Of a stretch of 55,790 nucleotides of DNA, positions 1 to 11,397 are shown in pieces. Source of the DNA: an uncultured Clostridia bacterium (GTDB taxonomy: Bacteria > Bacillota > Clostridia > TANB77 > CAG-465); NCBI GenBank assembly GCA_947632635.1, contig CANRQA010000003.1, forward strand, positions 1 to 55,790. The letters run 5' to 3'. Within the stretch, counting starts at the first letter, position 1. Every line of letters starts with the position of its first letter. The position numbers and the translations under genes are program-made. The notes under the pieces are model-generated. The model was not told the DNA's origin. It saw only the letters and a program-made list of their open reading frames with translations, and made no database searches.

Positions 1-119
1 AAATAAGAAAAAAATAGCGAGTTAGAAAAAAATATTTTCTAATTCACTACTTTTTTTGCTACTTTTTCAGCAGCCTCGTTATAATACTCAGCATCCTTTT
101 TTATACGCGATATTATTTT

Positions 120-809
120 TTAATTTTCTAAAAAATATTTAATTTGTTTGTAGTCAACTTCTTCGCCTTTAGTATTAATGTAAATATATTTGCCATCAAG
201 TTTGACACAAGCAAACCCATTTATGAAATAAAGAATCTCATCATATATGATTTCAGTTATTTCATTACCATAAGTATCAATAAAGCCCCACTTGTTATTG
301 ATGCATACTCCAGCAAACCCATCTAGAAAAGAAAGAGCCCTATCGTATTTGAATTTAATTATTTCTTTACCAAAAGAATTAATAAATCCCCATTTCCCAT
401 TAAGTTTGACTGCGGCAAAGCCATCTTGAAAATCATAATTATAATCATATTTTATTTCAATTACTTCTTTACCAGAAGTGTCAATAAAGCCCCATTTCTC
501 ATTAAAGCATACTCTAGCAAACCCATTTTGAAAAGTACAAACATCATCATATATGATTTCAGTTATTTCTTTTCCAGTAGTATCAATAAAGCCACATTTG
601 TTATTAATGCATACTCTAGCAAACCCATTTACAAAATCCCACACATCATCATACTTAATTTCTGTTATCTTTTTTCCAGCAGTATCAATAAATCCATATT
701 TATTGTCAAGCTCTACTAAAGCAAAACCGTTGCAAAAAATACCAACAAAATCATATTTTTCTCTACACATTTCTTCTACATCTTCATTTACAAGGCAACT
801 TTTAATCAT
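120..809 (-). CDS. WG (KWG) repeat-containing protein
   Basis: Six or more tandem ~35-aa repeats with (K/C)(W/C)GFID...G.E.I...YD motif; RBS GGAGG upstream of ATG at 809. Confidence 0.8.
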   Translation of the reverse strand: MIKSCLVNEDVEEMCREKYDFVGIFCNGFALVELDNKYGFIDTAGKKITEIKYDDVWDFVNGFARVCINNKCGFIDTTGKEITEIIYDDVCTFQNGFARVCFNEKWGFIDTSGKEVIEIKYDYNYDFQDGFAAVKLNGKWGFINSFGKEIIKFKYDRALSFLDGFAGVCINNKWGFIDTYGNEITEIIYDEILYFINGFACVKLDGKYIYINTKGEEVDYKQIKYFLEN

Positions 810-972
810 GTCTATTTTCCTCCTTAAAATTATTTAATGGTTACAAAAATTAATTTACCATATTATATCACGGAAAAATTAATATGTCAATTATTTATAC
901 AAAAACACCAGGGGAATTTCATCGATTATCACTTTTTGTAATATTAAAGAAAATGTGATAAAATAAAAAATA

Positions 973-2133
973 GTGATAAAAGTGAGTGAAAATGAAGTAT
1001 TTAATATGTATTTTGGAATAATAGAAGATACTAGATGTAAGGTAAATGTAATACATCCATTAGTAGATATATTAAAATTAATAATGATAGCAGTATTATG
1101 TGGAGTGGATGAACTAGATAAAGTAGTAGATTATGGAAAGAATAAAAAAGAGTTTTTACAAAAAGAATTTAATATAAAATTAATACCCTCAAAATCAACA
1201 ATAACAAGAATAATGGCAACAATAAGTCCTAAATGGTTATCATTAAGTATAGTATGCATATTAAAAACATTAATAAAAGAAAATATAGGACAAATAATGT
1301 TAGATGGAAAAGCGATAAAATCAACAGATGCAATAAGAACAATAGAAACAATGATGAATATAGTAACAGCATATACAGATACAGGAATTGCACTAGGACA
1401 GAAAACAGTAGATAGTAAAAGTAATGAGATACCAGCAGTAAGAGAATTGATTGAAATGTTGGATATAGAGGGTGCAATAATAACAGCAGATGCAATGCAT
1501 TGTCAAAAAGAGACAGCAGAAATAATAATAAAGAATAAAGGAGATTACGTATTACAAGTAAAAGCAAATCAAGGAAATTTGTATAATGATATATATGCAA
1601 TGTTTGATGAAAAATATATGGATAAAGCAGATAAAGAATGTGAATATGAGACATATACGACAATAGAAAAAAGTCATGGAAGAATAGAGAAAAGAAAATG
1701 TTATGTATTAAATGATATAGAATATTTTACAAATTATTTGGCAGAATGGAAAGGGCTAAAGAAGATATTTGCGGTAAAAAGAGAAATAGAAAGAAATGGT
1801 GAAAAAACAAGAGAAATAAGTTGTTATATAAGTAGTAAAAATACAACAGCAGAAAATTTGTTATCATATACAAGAAAACACTTGGAAATAGAGAGTATGC
1901 ATCATATATTAGATGTAACGTATGATGAAGATAGATGTAAGTTATTAACACAAAGAGCACAAGAGAATATGAATATATTTAGAAAAATGGGTATAAGCAT
2001 ACATAAAAACAGTTTAAAAGGTAAAAAGCAAACAATTAAATCTAGTATGTTTAATTGTCTGCTTGACGATAATCATTTATTAGAAATATTACAAAAAGAA
2101 AATGTCTCATTTTTAGTGGGACATTTTCACTGA
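973..2133 (+). mobile_element. ISAs1-family (H-repeat associated) DDE transposase
   Basis: N-terminus F..I.D.R....V.H.L.DIL.....AVLCG and the overall layout are typical of ISAs1 transposases; GTG start; only weak GAATT-containing terminal similarity seen at ~910 and ~2140, so element ends are not defined. Confidence 0.8.
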
Positions 2134-2217
2134 GAATTCACAAGAAAAATTATTATAATAAAAAAATTGTATATTAAATATTTATATGTTATAATTTATA
2201 TCAAAATGGGGGATATA

Positions 2218-4644
2218 ATGGAAAAGAAAAATAGTTTAAAGTTTGTAGATGTATTTGATATTATATTAGTCTTTTTTTTACTTATCCTTTCAATAAAAAA
2301 GGGTGGATTTTATAAATCAGATACTATAGCTATAAATTTACTAATACAAATTCTTTTTATAATTAGAATAATATATTATCATATAACAACAAAAAGTAAA
2401 TATGAAATTGATATGATTTCAATACTTCTTTTGTTACTTACTTTTTGTTATACCCTTCCCATCATATTTAAAAATTATTCTAATTTAGCTGATAGTATAT
2501 TTGAAATGATTAGATATTTTAATATATATCTAATATATAAAATGGTGAAAATTTCAAATAATAAAAAGATATATAAAAACGGAATAATTATAATTGCAGT
2601 AATACTTGCAATTTTTGGAATTGACGGGCTAGGAAAAAGAATTTTTGAAAATATGTTGGGACTATTTAATTCAGGATATTTAGATAGTCTTCTTACAAGA
2701 ATGTCTTCAACCTTGCAATATGCAAATGTACTTGCAATTATATTAATGATAGCAGTGGTATTTTTAGAAGAAAAAATTGTAACTATTCCACAAAAGGACT
2801 TAAGTCAAATACTTTTATATATTTTAAATTACATAGCATTTTTTATTGTAAGTTTATCAATAGCACTTACGATGTCTAGGGTAGTACTTTTAATATATGT
2901 TATATATATGTGCTATATATTAGTAAAAAATAAAAATATAAAAGTTACATCTGTTATGATTTTGCAAACTTTAGTTATAATAGTCTATACAGTTATAGTG
3001 CAAGATATAATTAATATGTCAAGCTATAAAATATACGTTATAACAGCTATATTTGTTATGATAAATGCTATAATAGCACTAGGTATAGTTTATTTAAAAT
3101 CAAATAGTAAAATAAAAAGTTATATAAATTGTGAAATATTTAGGAATAGAAAATATATAAATTGTGCAGCCTTTGTTATTTTATTTATTTGTATTTTGTA
3201 TATAATAATTGCATTAAATATTGGTAAAGAATTAACTATATCACAAAATGCAAAAGAAAAAGTAAGAAGAACAATATATAATTTAGATGAAACTAATACT
3301 ATACAAATAAGTTTAAAAAAATTAGAACAAGATAGTAGATACACTATTAATGTATATGAACAAAAAACAGATGGAACATCATCTATTTTAAAAATTTTTA
3401 ATTATTATGAAAAAAGTACAGATGAGTTTACATTTGAATATACTAAAACAAACTTAACAAAATCTATTGTATTTGAATTTGATTGTTATAAAGGGAAAAT
3501 TAGTGTAAATAGTTTAAACATAAATAATAAAAAAGAAATATTAAATTATCTTTTATTACCTACAGATATTGTATTTAAAATTAAAGATTCATTGCATTTT
3601 TCAACTAGTATAAAAGATAGAATAGATTATGTTCAAGATGCAATAAAAATATTTAATTTATCAGTTAAAAATAAAATAATAGGAGTAGGTGGAGAAGGAT
3701 TTAAACATTTATATAGTAGTGTGCAAGAAAGAGAATATAGTTCTACAGAGGTACATAGCTCATATATACAAATACTTGTTGAATCAGGTGTTCTTGGCTT
3801 TATTTGTATTATTTCTATTATAGCATTAGCACTTTTTAAATTTAAAAATAATGAAGAAAAAATTGCATTAATTATATTGCTTATACATAGTATTGTGGAT
3901 TTAGATTTTTCATATATGATTATACTTGCAATTTTTGCTGTACTTTTAGGTATTTGTAATAAGAAAGAAAAAAAATATACAGACAAGAAAATATATAAAT
4001 ATATATTAGGAGTTGAGTATATTATATTAGCTTTTTTATTCGTAGTTACTACATCTATATTGATAAGAGCAAATTATGCATATTATATGAATATACCAGT
4101 ATATACAGAAAATAATTTGAACTTACAAAATCAAGCAAACAAAGTAAGTTTACTCGAAAAACGAGTAATGCTAGATTTTAGTGAAATAAAATATAGAAAT
4201 GAATTAAATAGTGGATATAATGAGTATTTAAAGTTATTAGAAGAAAATAATAAGACTAAAAAAGATATAGTAATTAAAGGCGAAATAAGTAATATTATTG
4301 AAAATATTAAAAATAATGCTGACATATCACTTAAGTATGATAGATATAATAAAGATACAGTAATTAATGTGTGTAATATATATTTTAACAATATATATAA
4401 TTTGGTAAATAAATATTATAATGAAAATAAAGAAGAGGGATATATTGTATATCTTAATTTTATAATAGATAATTTAGAAAATTTAAGAAAAAATCACAAG
4501 TATAAAAGTAATATACAAACTGAAATAAATAAGCTATATAAAAGATATTATGATAACCTAATAGAAAATAAAGATAAATTAGATTTTAGTGAAAATGTTA
4601 ATAATACAATTAATATATTTTTGCAAAATAGTGTTCATAAATAG
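2218..4644 (+). CDS. Polytopic membrane protein with O-antigen ligase/polymerase (Wzy_C-like) core and long soluble C-terminal extension
   Basis: Many hydrophobic helices; loop GGEGFKHLY...EVHSSYIQILVESGVLGF resembles the Wzy_C motif; start moved to ATG 2218 after a GGGGGA RBS. Confidence 0.6.
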   Translation: MEKKNSLKFVDVFDIILVFFLLILSIKKGGFYKSDTIAINLLIQILFIIRIIYYHITTKSKYEIDMISILLLLLTFCYTLPIIFKNYSNLADSIFEMIRYFNIYLIYKMVKISNNKKIYKNGIIIIAVILAIFGIDGLGKRIFENMLGLFNSGYLDSLLTRMSSTLQYANVLAIILMIAVVFLEEKIVTIPQKDLSQILLYILNYIAFFIVSLSIALTMSRVVLLIYVIYMCYILVKNKNIKVTSVMILQTLVIIVYTVIVQDIINMSSYKIYVITAIFVMINAIIALGIVYLKSNSKIKSYINCEIFRNRKYINCAAFVILFICILYIIIALNIGKELTISQNAKEKVRRTIYNLDETNTIQISLKKLEQDSRYTINVYEQKTDGTSSILKIFNYYEKSTDEFTFEYTKTNLTKSIVFEFDCYKGKISVNSLNINNKKEILNYLLLPTDIVFKIKDSLHFSTSIKDRIDYVQDAIKIFNLSVKNKIIGVGGEGFKHLYSSVQEREYSSTEVHSSYIQILVESGVLGFICIISIIALALFKFKNNEEKIALIILLIHSIVDLDFSYMIILAIFAVLLGICNKKEKKYTDKKIYKYILGVEYIILAFLFVVTTSILIRANYAYYMNIPVYTENNLNLQNQANKVSLLEKRVMLDFSEIKYRNELNSGYNEYLKLLEENNKTKKDIVIKGEISNIIENIKNNADISLKYDRYNKDTVINVCNIYFNNIYNLVNKYYNENKEEGYIVYLNFIIDNLENLRKNHKYKSNIQTEINKLYKRYYDNLIENKDKLDFSENVNNTINIFLQNSVHK

Positions 4645-4714
4645 CAAATATTGAAATATTTTTATGTTTAGTATATAATTTTTCTGTAAGATAATAAAAA
4701 AGGTGGACGTGATT

Positions 4715-5792
4715 ATGAGTGGGTTTTATATAAACTATAATAAAATTGATAGTGATATAAGGGCTAAAAATACTATGTCACAAATTAGTGATATTTGTAA
4801 TATAAATTTTAGGGCATTTTTAGCTGATGCTCTTTTAAAGCCTTCTATAGGATTTAAAAAAGTATTAAAGTTATATGAAAAACTTGAGCCAAATTGGGTT
4901 AATATATATAATAGAGAAGAAGAAAAAAAGCCTGAAAGTGTTCAAAGCCGTATTCCGTCTGGTACTACAATGGATGATATTATTAAAGAGGTAGCTGATG
5001 ATAAAATAACTCAACTAGCACTTGCTACAGTTGTTTCAAATAGAATAGCACATTTTTCGCTAAATACAGAAAGAAGATTATTAGAGATAAAAAATAACAA
5101 AAGAAGATTTGGCGTTGATTTTAAAATGGCATCTAGTTTGGTTTCAAACTATTTTAATGCTCTTAGTACAGATGATAAAAATAAAGCAATAAGATTAGAA
5201 AGAGATTTATACAGTTTAGGAATAACTTTTACAGAAAATGAAAGAAGTATCTTTAAAGCATTAGTAGAGGCACAAAACGTAGGCTTTATGTTAAAAGATA
5301 CATATTTACGTGACCTATTAACTGTATTAAGGGAAAGAAAAGATATAAATTATGGACTTGAATATGACGAAAATAACAATGAAATATTTGTAATGGATTT
5401 ACCTTATTATGGACAATTTTCCGTACATATTAAAAAACAGAAATACCAAAGTTCTCTAACTGATTTACGGAGTAAAAGAAAAATACAAACAAAGTAATAT
5501 AAGTGATGAAAAAGAAAAAAAAGAATTTAATATAAATGAGGTAAGAGCAGAAATAATAGAACTTCTTAAGGAACAACCATATGATGGTCAATTATATGAA
5601 GCACAAAATATTATGCTTACTAGAACAGTATCACCTCCTGCCCAAAGATTTCACGAAAAATTAAAAAAATTATCAAATGATTCTGAAAGAATTGCACAGA
5701 TTGAAAGAATGAGAAAAGCTCATCCAAGATTTGTTCGTTATGTAGAAATAAAAAAGAATATGAGAGGAGAAGACAATGGATACAGATTTTAA
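4715..5792 (+). pseudogene. Hypothetical protein interrupted by a +1 frameshift (extra C at 5468)
   Basis: ORF 4715..5497 continues seamlessly in the +1 frame (open from 5460 to the stop at 5790-5792) if the C in TTA-C-GGA is removed. Confidence 0.55.
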
Positions 5793-6147
5793 TAATATAT
5801 TGAAATATGATAGATTGAGGAAAATATTAGATGATATTTTAACATATATTAATAAAGAAGATTATAATAATGCTTATTATAAAACAGTGACACTTCTTGA
5901 ATTTGTAAATTCAATTATTTTAATGAAGCAATTTGAAGTAAAATTAAAAGATACAAGTATAACTAATATATTAAATTTATATTATACATTAGATGAAGAA
6001 CTATTTAACAAAATGTTAGGAGTAAATACTGAATATAACACAATTGATGATAATATAGAAAAATCGGATGTAGAATATTTATTAATGGATGTAGACTATA
6101 TTGTAGGATATGTAACAAATAAATATGGATATGACATTTTATCTTGA
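5776..6147 (+). CDS. Hypothetical protein
   Basis: ORF with GAGGAG RBS overlapping the end of the upstream gene; followed by a hairpin at ~6165-6205. Confidence 0.5.
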   Translation: MDTDFNNILKYDRLRKILDDILTYINKEDYNNAYYKTVTLLEFVNSIILMKQFEVKLKDTSITNILNLYYTLDEELFNKMLGVNTEYNTIDDNIEKSDVEYLLMDVDYIVGYVTNKYGYDILS

Positions 6148-6222
6148 TATATATAATAAAGTATAAAAGGGAGCATTTAGTATATAACTAAACACTCCCT
6201 TAATTATTTAATATATAATACT

Positions 6223-6423
6223 TTATATAATACTTTTTACTTCGGAATAAATTTTTTCCAAAGTTTCTTGATCTTCACAACTAAGTAGTTGCAAGTCAAA
6301 TCTTAACAGCTTTTCGCAAGTGGCCAAGTAATGTCGATACGCCGGATCGCCTTCCCACGTATCAGGTGGTGATTTTTTTGTAAAATCTTTTATTAGTTTT
6401 CTTACATCATTTGCTGTTACCAT
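6223..6423 (-). CDS. Hypothetical small protein
   Basis: ORF; the ATG at 6423 lies 8 nt after GGAGG, so it is preferred over the longer start at 6438. Confidence 0.45.
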   Translation of the reverse strand: MVTANDVRKLIKDFTKKSPPDTWEGDPAYRHYLATCEKLLRFDLQLLSCEDQETLEKIYSEVKSII

Positions 6424-7009
6424 ATAGTATACCTCCAAATTATTAAAGTATCTTTTATTAATCGCATATATTATTATACCACGTTTTTAACTTTATGTCA
6501 AGTAACTCTTACCTATGAGGAGAAAATTAAAGAATTAGTGTACTATAATGAAAAAACAGAGCAAAAAGAAAAATTGGAAACTACTTTAAGACATGTAAAT
6601 CTATTAATAAAAAATATGAAGGAAAGAAAAATCACGGGTTGATACATATAGATAAATAAAAAGGATTTTATTTTAAATAAAATTAAATCAACAGGAAAAG
6701 GAAAGTTAGAAAAGTTTTAAATAAAAAAGTGCAAAAAAAAATTATAAAGTTAAACAGAAGAAATTCAAGCTATTTTTAGTATAGAAGATGCATATTAAAA
6801 ACAATCTAGTATTATTAGCAATAAATAAAGCTTTATACTAATTAGTATTTATATGCTGTAAAATGACACCGCATTAAATGAATAATATTAAAATGATAAA
6901 AAATTTTTCTGTGAGTAATAAGAAATATTTATACAAGATTTTCAAATTTAAAATAATCATAAATTAAATAAATCTTAATATAAATGTATTAAAAGAAAAG
7001 AGGAGTTTT

Positions 7010-7369
7010 ATGGAAAAATTAAAATATTATACATTATCGCTTGCAATATCATTTGTTATTGCAGCAATTCTTTTAAGTTTAACAGCTTGTATTTTTGCAT
7101 ATACTAACATAAATGATAGATATTTACAAACTTTTGTCTTTGCAAGTATAGTAATATCAGTGCTTGTTGGTTCAACTTTACTTTCAAGGAAAATTAAACA
7201 AAAAGGCTTGCTTTTAGGTGCAATTTTTGGAGTAATATATGTTTTAATAGTATATTTATTTACATCTCTTGCATATACAGGCTTTTTTATTTCAAATACT
7301 TTAGCTATATATTTAGGTGTAGCTTTACTTGCAGGACTAATCGGTGGAGTAATTGGTGTAAATATATAA
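7010..7369 (+). CDS. Small membrane protein, TIGR04086-like (YrzE-like)
   Basis: Four predicted TM helices, a central RK.K.KG motif, RBS AGAGGAG; lies directly upstream of spoIVB. Confidence 0.55.
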   Translation: MEKLKYYTLSLAISFVIAAILLSLTACIFAYTNINDRYLQTFVFASIVISVLVGSTLLSRKIKQKGLLLGAIFGVIYVLIVYLFTSLAYTGFFISNTLAIYLGVALLAGLIGGVIGVNI

Positions 7370-7387
7370 AAGAAAACGGTGACCTAA

Positions 7388-8485
7388 ATGTTAAAAAAAT
7401 TGTTATACAAGGTGGATAGAAATATACGAACAAACAAAAAAGTTCAAAAAATAATTTTAGCTTGTTTCTTAATCATAGCATTAATATTTGCATATTTTAT
7501 ATTAAATTACAAAGATTTAGTTGAAGTATATAATCTCTCAAAAAGCGTTGAAAATAAACTTGAAAATATGAAAATTTCAGTAGGTGGAGAAGCAGTTGGC
7601 ATTAAACTACTTGCAACAGGTGTACTTGTTATGGGACTTGATAGAGATGATACTTTGTTACAAGTTGGAGATATAATATTAAAAGCTGATGATAAGAAAG
7701 TTGAATCAAATGCAGAATTAATAGATATTTCTAAACAGTCAGATAAAGAGGAGATCTTACTTGAAATAAATAGACAAGGCGTAATAATTCATACAAAAAT
7801 TACAAAAATTTATGATGAAATAGCAGAAGAATATAAGTTAGGACTCTGGGTAAAAGATAGTAGTGCAGGAGTTGGTACAATAACTTTTTATGATTTAAAC
7901 TCTAACAAATTTGCAGCATTAGGTCATGGAGTTACTGAAACAAAGGAAAATTATATATTACCAATAACTGCTGGTGGAATTACCAATACTACTATTTATT
8001 CAATAAAAAAAGGCGCTGTCAAATCTCCAGGTGAATTAAAAGGCTCAATTACAAGTAGCATAATTGGTCAAATTATGGGAAATACTGATAAGGGAATATA
8101 TGGAGAGATTACAGAACTTAATTTTTTAAAAGCTAGAAAAGAAATACAAATTTTACCTAAAACAAAAATTAAAGAATCAAAAGCTAAAATTCTTTGTACA
8201 TTAGACGATAATATAAAAAAAGAATATGATATAGAAATTGAAAAAGTATTACTTACATCATCTGGAAATAAAAATATGATTGTAAAAATAACAGATGAAG
8301 AATTACTAAATAAAACAGGGGGAATTATTCAGGGGATGAGTGGAAGCCCTATTATTCAAGACGGTAAACTTGTTGGCGCTATAACTCATGTATTTTTAAA
8401 TGACCCAACACGTGGATATGGCGTTTTTGTAGAAAACATGATTGAAGATATGTGTGAATTTGATAAAGTTACGAAAAATGAATAA
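7388..8485 (+). CDS. spoIVB: SpoIVB peptidase (S55), stage IV sporulation signalling protease
   Basis: N-terminal TM, PDZ-like region, GVGTITFYD, ALGH and catalytic GMSGSPI motifs. Confidence 0.9.
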   Translation: MLKKLLYKVDRNIRTNKKVQKIILACFLIIALIFAYFILNYKDLVEVYNLSKSVENKLENMKISVGGEAVGIKLLATGVLVMGLDRDDTLLQVGDIILKADDKKVESNAELIDISKQSDKEEILLEINRQGVIIHTKITKIYDEIAEEYKLGLWVKDSSAGVGTITFYDLNSNKFAALGHGVTETKENYILPITAGGITNTTIYSIKKGAVKSPGELKGSITSSIIGQIMGNTDKGIYGEITELNFLKARKEIQILPKTKIKESKAKILCTLDDNIKKEYDIEIEKVLLTSSGNKNMIVKITDEELLNKTGGIIQGMSGSPIIQDGKLVGAITHVFLNDPTRGYGVFVENMIEDMCEFDKVTKNE

Positions 8486-8494
8486 GCATATAAC

Positions 8495-9157
8495 TTATTC
8501 ATTTTTTGCACATATTTTATTTATAGGACAATCATTGCAGTTAGGTTTTCTTGCAATGCATATAGCTCGACCATGATATACAAATATATGATTAATTTTA
8601 TTCCAATATTTTTTATCAACTTTACTCATTAATTCCTTTTCAATTTTTTCTTGAGTGGGTGCATTAGAAATTCCCATTTTTCTTGATAATCTTGTTACAT
8701 GTGTATCAACTGCAATACCAACAGTATTATTAAAGCATTCTTGTAAAATAATATTTGCTGATTTTCTACCAATACCTTTTAATTTACACAAATCTTCCAT
8801 AGTATCAGGCACTTTACCATTAAATACATTTACAACAGTTTTAGCACTTTCACTTATACTTATAGCTTTATTGTTATAAAACCCACATGGTTTAACTATA
8901 TTTGCTATTTCTTCAATACTTGCATTTGCAATTTCATAAACATCTGCAAATTTATTAAATAAAACAGGAATAACTTTATTAACACGTTCATCTGTACATT
9001 GAGCAGCAAGTATTAAAGCACATACAAGCTCAAAAGGAGAGTTAAAATCTAAACTGCATTTTGCGTCGCTATAATAGTTTTTAAGTATTATTATTAGTTG
9101 TTCAATACTTTTTTTATCTAGTTTTGTATATTGTTTCTTCAATTTATCTTTCACCAT
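8495..9157 (-). CDS. nth: Endonuclease III
   Basis: HhH-GPD fold motifs (LPGIGRKSANI-like KLKGIGRKSANI), VDTHV, C-terminal C-x6-C-x2-C-x5-C Fe-S cluster. Confidence 0.9.
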   Translation of the reverse strand: MVKDKLKKQYTKLDKKSIEQLIIILKNYYSDAKCSLDFNSPFELVCALILAAQCTDERVNKVIPVLFNKFADVYEIANASIEEIANIVKPCGFYNNKAISISESAKTVVNVFNGKVPDTMEDLCKLKGIGRKSANIILQECFNNTVGIAVDTHVTRLSRKMGISNAPTQEKIEKELMSKVDKKYWNKINHIFVYHGRAICIARKPNCNDCPINKICAKNE

Positions 9158-9246
9158 ATTTATTCACCATTTAACCCCAAAAAACATAATATATATTAAA
9201 TATTTTACAATATTTTTATCTATTTGTCAAAGAGAGGAGGAATTTT

Positions 9247-9399
9247 ATGTTTAAGGGAGCATTTAGAAAAACAATAGGATTATTTTTGTTAGCACTTGGA
9301 CTTGGTGTAGGACTTAGCATAATACTTCCTATTTGGGGATGGATAGCAATAGTTGCAATAGCAGTAGTAATACTTGGAATATCTTGGCTTTTTTGCTAA
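9247..9399 (+). CDS. Small hydrophobic protein (50 aa), below the ORF-track cutoff
   Basis: ATG 6 nt after AGAGGAGG; two TM-like segments; followed by a second RBS-preceded 22-codon ORF at 9417..9485. Confidence 0.35.
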   Translation: MFKGAFRKTIGLFLLALGLGVGLSIILPIWGWIAIVAIAVVILGISWLFC

Positions 9400-9549
9400 A
9401 GGGGAGGTAGAAAGTTATGAAAATTGTATTATATCAACCAGGACGATTTATGAGACTGATATTAAAAACTATATTTAAGATATAATTTATATATAATGTA
9501 CATAATAAAAGAAGGTAGTAACAAAACTAACTGTTAATACCCTCTTTTA

Positions 9550-9738
9550 TTATATTGCTCTTTGAACTTTACCACTTTTTAGACATTTAGTACATACATT
9601 CATCTTTTTTACAGTCCCATTATCATTTACTTTAACAGATTGAACATTAGGTTTAAAAGTTCTTGCAGTTCTTCTATGTGAGTGACTTACTTGCATAGAA
9701 AAGTTAACTTCTTTATCACATATTTCACATTTTGCCAT
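9550..9738 (-). CDS. rpmB: 50S ribosomal protein L28
   Basis: MAKCEIC...VSHSHRRT...NVQ motif typical of L28; GGAGGG RBS. Confidence 0.9.
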   Translation of the reverse strand: MAKCEICDKEVNFSMQVSHSHRRTARTFKPNVQSVKVNDNGTVKKMNVCTKCLKSGKVQRAI

Positions 9739-9924
9739 TTTAAAACCCTCCTTTTCGAGATTATAAACTAACTACCTAAATATTTTAACATAAAATATTC
9801 AAATAATCAAGTAAATTAGTTGTTTTTTCATATTAATAAACGAAAATTTGTTGTGAGTTCCCCAAAAATATATAAAGAAAAGGAAAAATTTCCTAATCTT
9901 TATACACATAATATTATTATATTA

Positions 9925-11397
9925 TTATATTTTTAAAATAGTACCAGTGGCTTGTGTTGCTAAAGCTTCTGTTTTAGTTGCATCATGTAAGCCACCACTT
10001 AAGATAACTGTATCATTTTCTTTTAAGTATCCTTTTGATTTTAATATTTCAATTCCTTGATTTAGAATTTTATCAAAATCACGTACTCCAGGTATAAGGA
10101 TAGGAGTAACTCCAAATTCAACTGCCATTTGTCTATATGTTTTTTCATTTGCAGTTATAACATATATAGGACAAGCAGGTTTGAAACTTGCAAGTAAAGA
10201 TGGAGTATGACCACTTTCAGATACAGCAATTATAGCATCAGCATTTGAAAACATTGCTGAACAACATACTACAAAGTTTGATTGTTTCTTAAATTCATCA
10301 GCATCTGTTAAATCTTCTTTACTAAATGTTGTTAATTTTTCAATATTTTTCTTTTTAAATCTTCTCCAATAGTTTATTTCTTTTTCACTTGCTTCAACAA
10401 TTTTAGCCATAGTTTTAACAGCTTCTATTGGATAATCGCCTTGTGCAGATTCACCAGATAACATTGTAGCAGAAGTACCGTCATAAACTGCGTTAGCAAC
10501 ATCTGAAACCTCAGCTCTTGTTGGTCTAGGATTTTTTTGCATAGACTCTAGCATTTGTGTTGCAGTTATAACAGGTTTACCAGCTGCAACAGTCTTTTTT
10601 ATCATCATCTTTTGAGCTGAAGGTACTCTTTCTTCAGGAATTTCAACACCTAAATCACCACGTGCTACCATTATTCCATCAGTAACCTTTAATATTTCAT
10701 CAAAATTATCAAGACCTTCTTGGTTTTCTATTTTTGATATGATTTTTATTTTATTATTTGGATTAATAGAATTTATATAATTTCTCATATCAATTACATC
10801 TTGTGCTTTACGTATAAATGAAGCGGCAATAAAATCAAAATCGTTTTCTACAGCAAATTTTAAATCAGATTTATCTTTTTCAGTAATAGCAGAAAGTTTT
10901 AATTTTGCTCCTGGAACATTTACACCACGTCTACCTTTTAAAGTGGCAGAGTTTTGGAAAGTACATTTTATTTCAGTTCCATCGATTTCATCAATTAATA
11001 AATCAACTAGTCCGTCATTAATTAGGATATGACCACCAACTTCAACATCTTCTGGTAACCCTTTATATGTTACAGAAAGAAGTTCTTTAGTACCTTCAAC
11101 ATCTCTAGTTGTTAAAGTGATTTTATCACCTTGTGTAAAGTCCATTTTAATATTTTGATCTGTTCCAAATGAACCAGTTCTAATTTCAGGACCTTTTGTA
11201 TCAAGCATAAAAGCAACATTAGTACCAAGTCTTTCATTTATTTCTCTTAAAGTCTTAACTTTTGCAAGATGTTCTTCATGGTCACCATGTGAGAAGTTAA
11301 GCCTCATAACGTTCATACCAGATTTGATAAGTTGTTCTAAAACTTCTGTTGTTTCACTTGCAGGACCTATAGTACAAACTATTTTTGTTTTTTTCAT
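9925..11397 (-). CDS. pyk: Pyruvate kinase
   Basis: MKKTKIVCTIGPAS, NFSHG, MVARGDLGVEIP, ATQMLESM motifs. Confidence 0.95.
   Translation of the reverse strand: MKKTKIVCTIGPASETTEVLEQLIKSGMNVMRLNFSHGDHEEHLAKVKTLREINERLGTNVAFMLDTKGPEIRTGSFGTDQNIKMDFTQGDKITLTTRDVEGTKELLSVTYKGLPEDVEVGGHILINDGLVDLLIDEIDGTEIKCTFQNSATLKGRRGVNVPGAKLKLSAITEKDKSDLKFAVENDFDFIAASFIRKAQDVIDMRNYINSINPNNKIKIISKIENQEGLDNFDEILKVTDGIMVARGDLGVEIPEERVPSAQKMMIKKTVAAGKPVITATQMLESMQKNPRPTRAEVSDVANAVYDGTSATMLSGESAQGDYPIEAVKTMAKIVEASEKEINYWRRFKKKNIEKLTTFSKEDLTDADEFKKQSNFVVCCSAMFSNADAIIAVSESGHTPSLLASFKPACPIYVITANEKTYRQMAVEFGVTPILIPGVRDFDKILNQGIEILKSKGYLKENDTVILSGGLHDATKTEALATQATGTILKI

Noticed and set aside
144-837. Plus-strand ORFs 144..326, 426..719 and 553..837 inside the WG-repeat gene
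   Set aside because: They are antisense shadows of the repetitive minus-strand gene. They have low-complexity composition and no RBS.
1229-1960. ORFs 1229..1663(-), 1233..1415(+) and 1727..1960(-) within the transposase gene
   Set aside because: They overlap a well-supported ISAs1 transposase, and their Leu/Phe/Tyr-rich translations are typical of AT-rich antisense frames.
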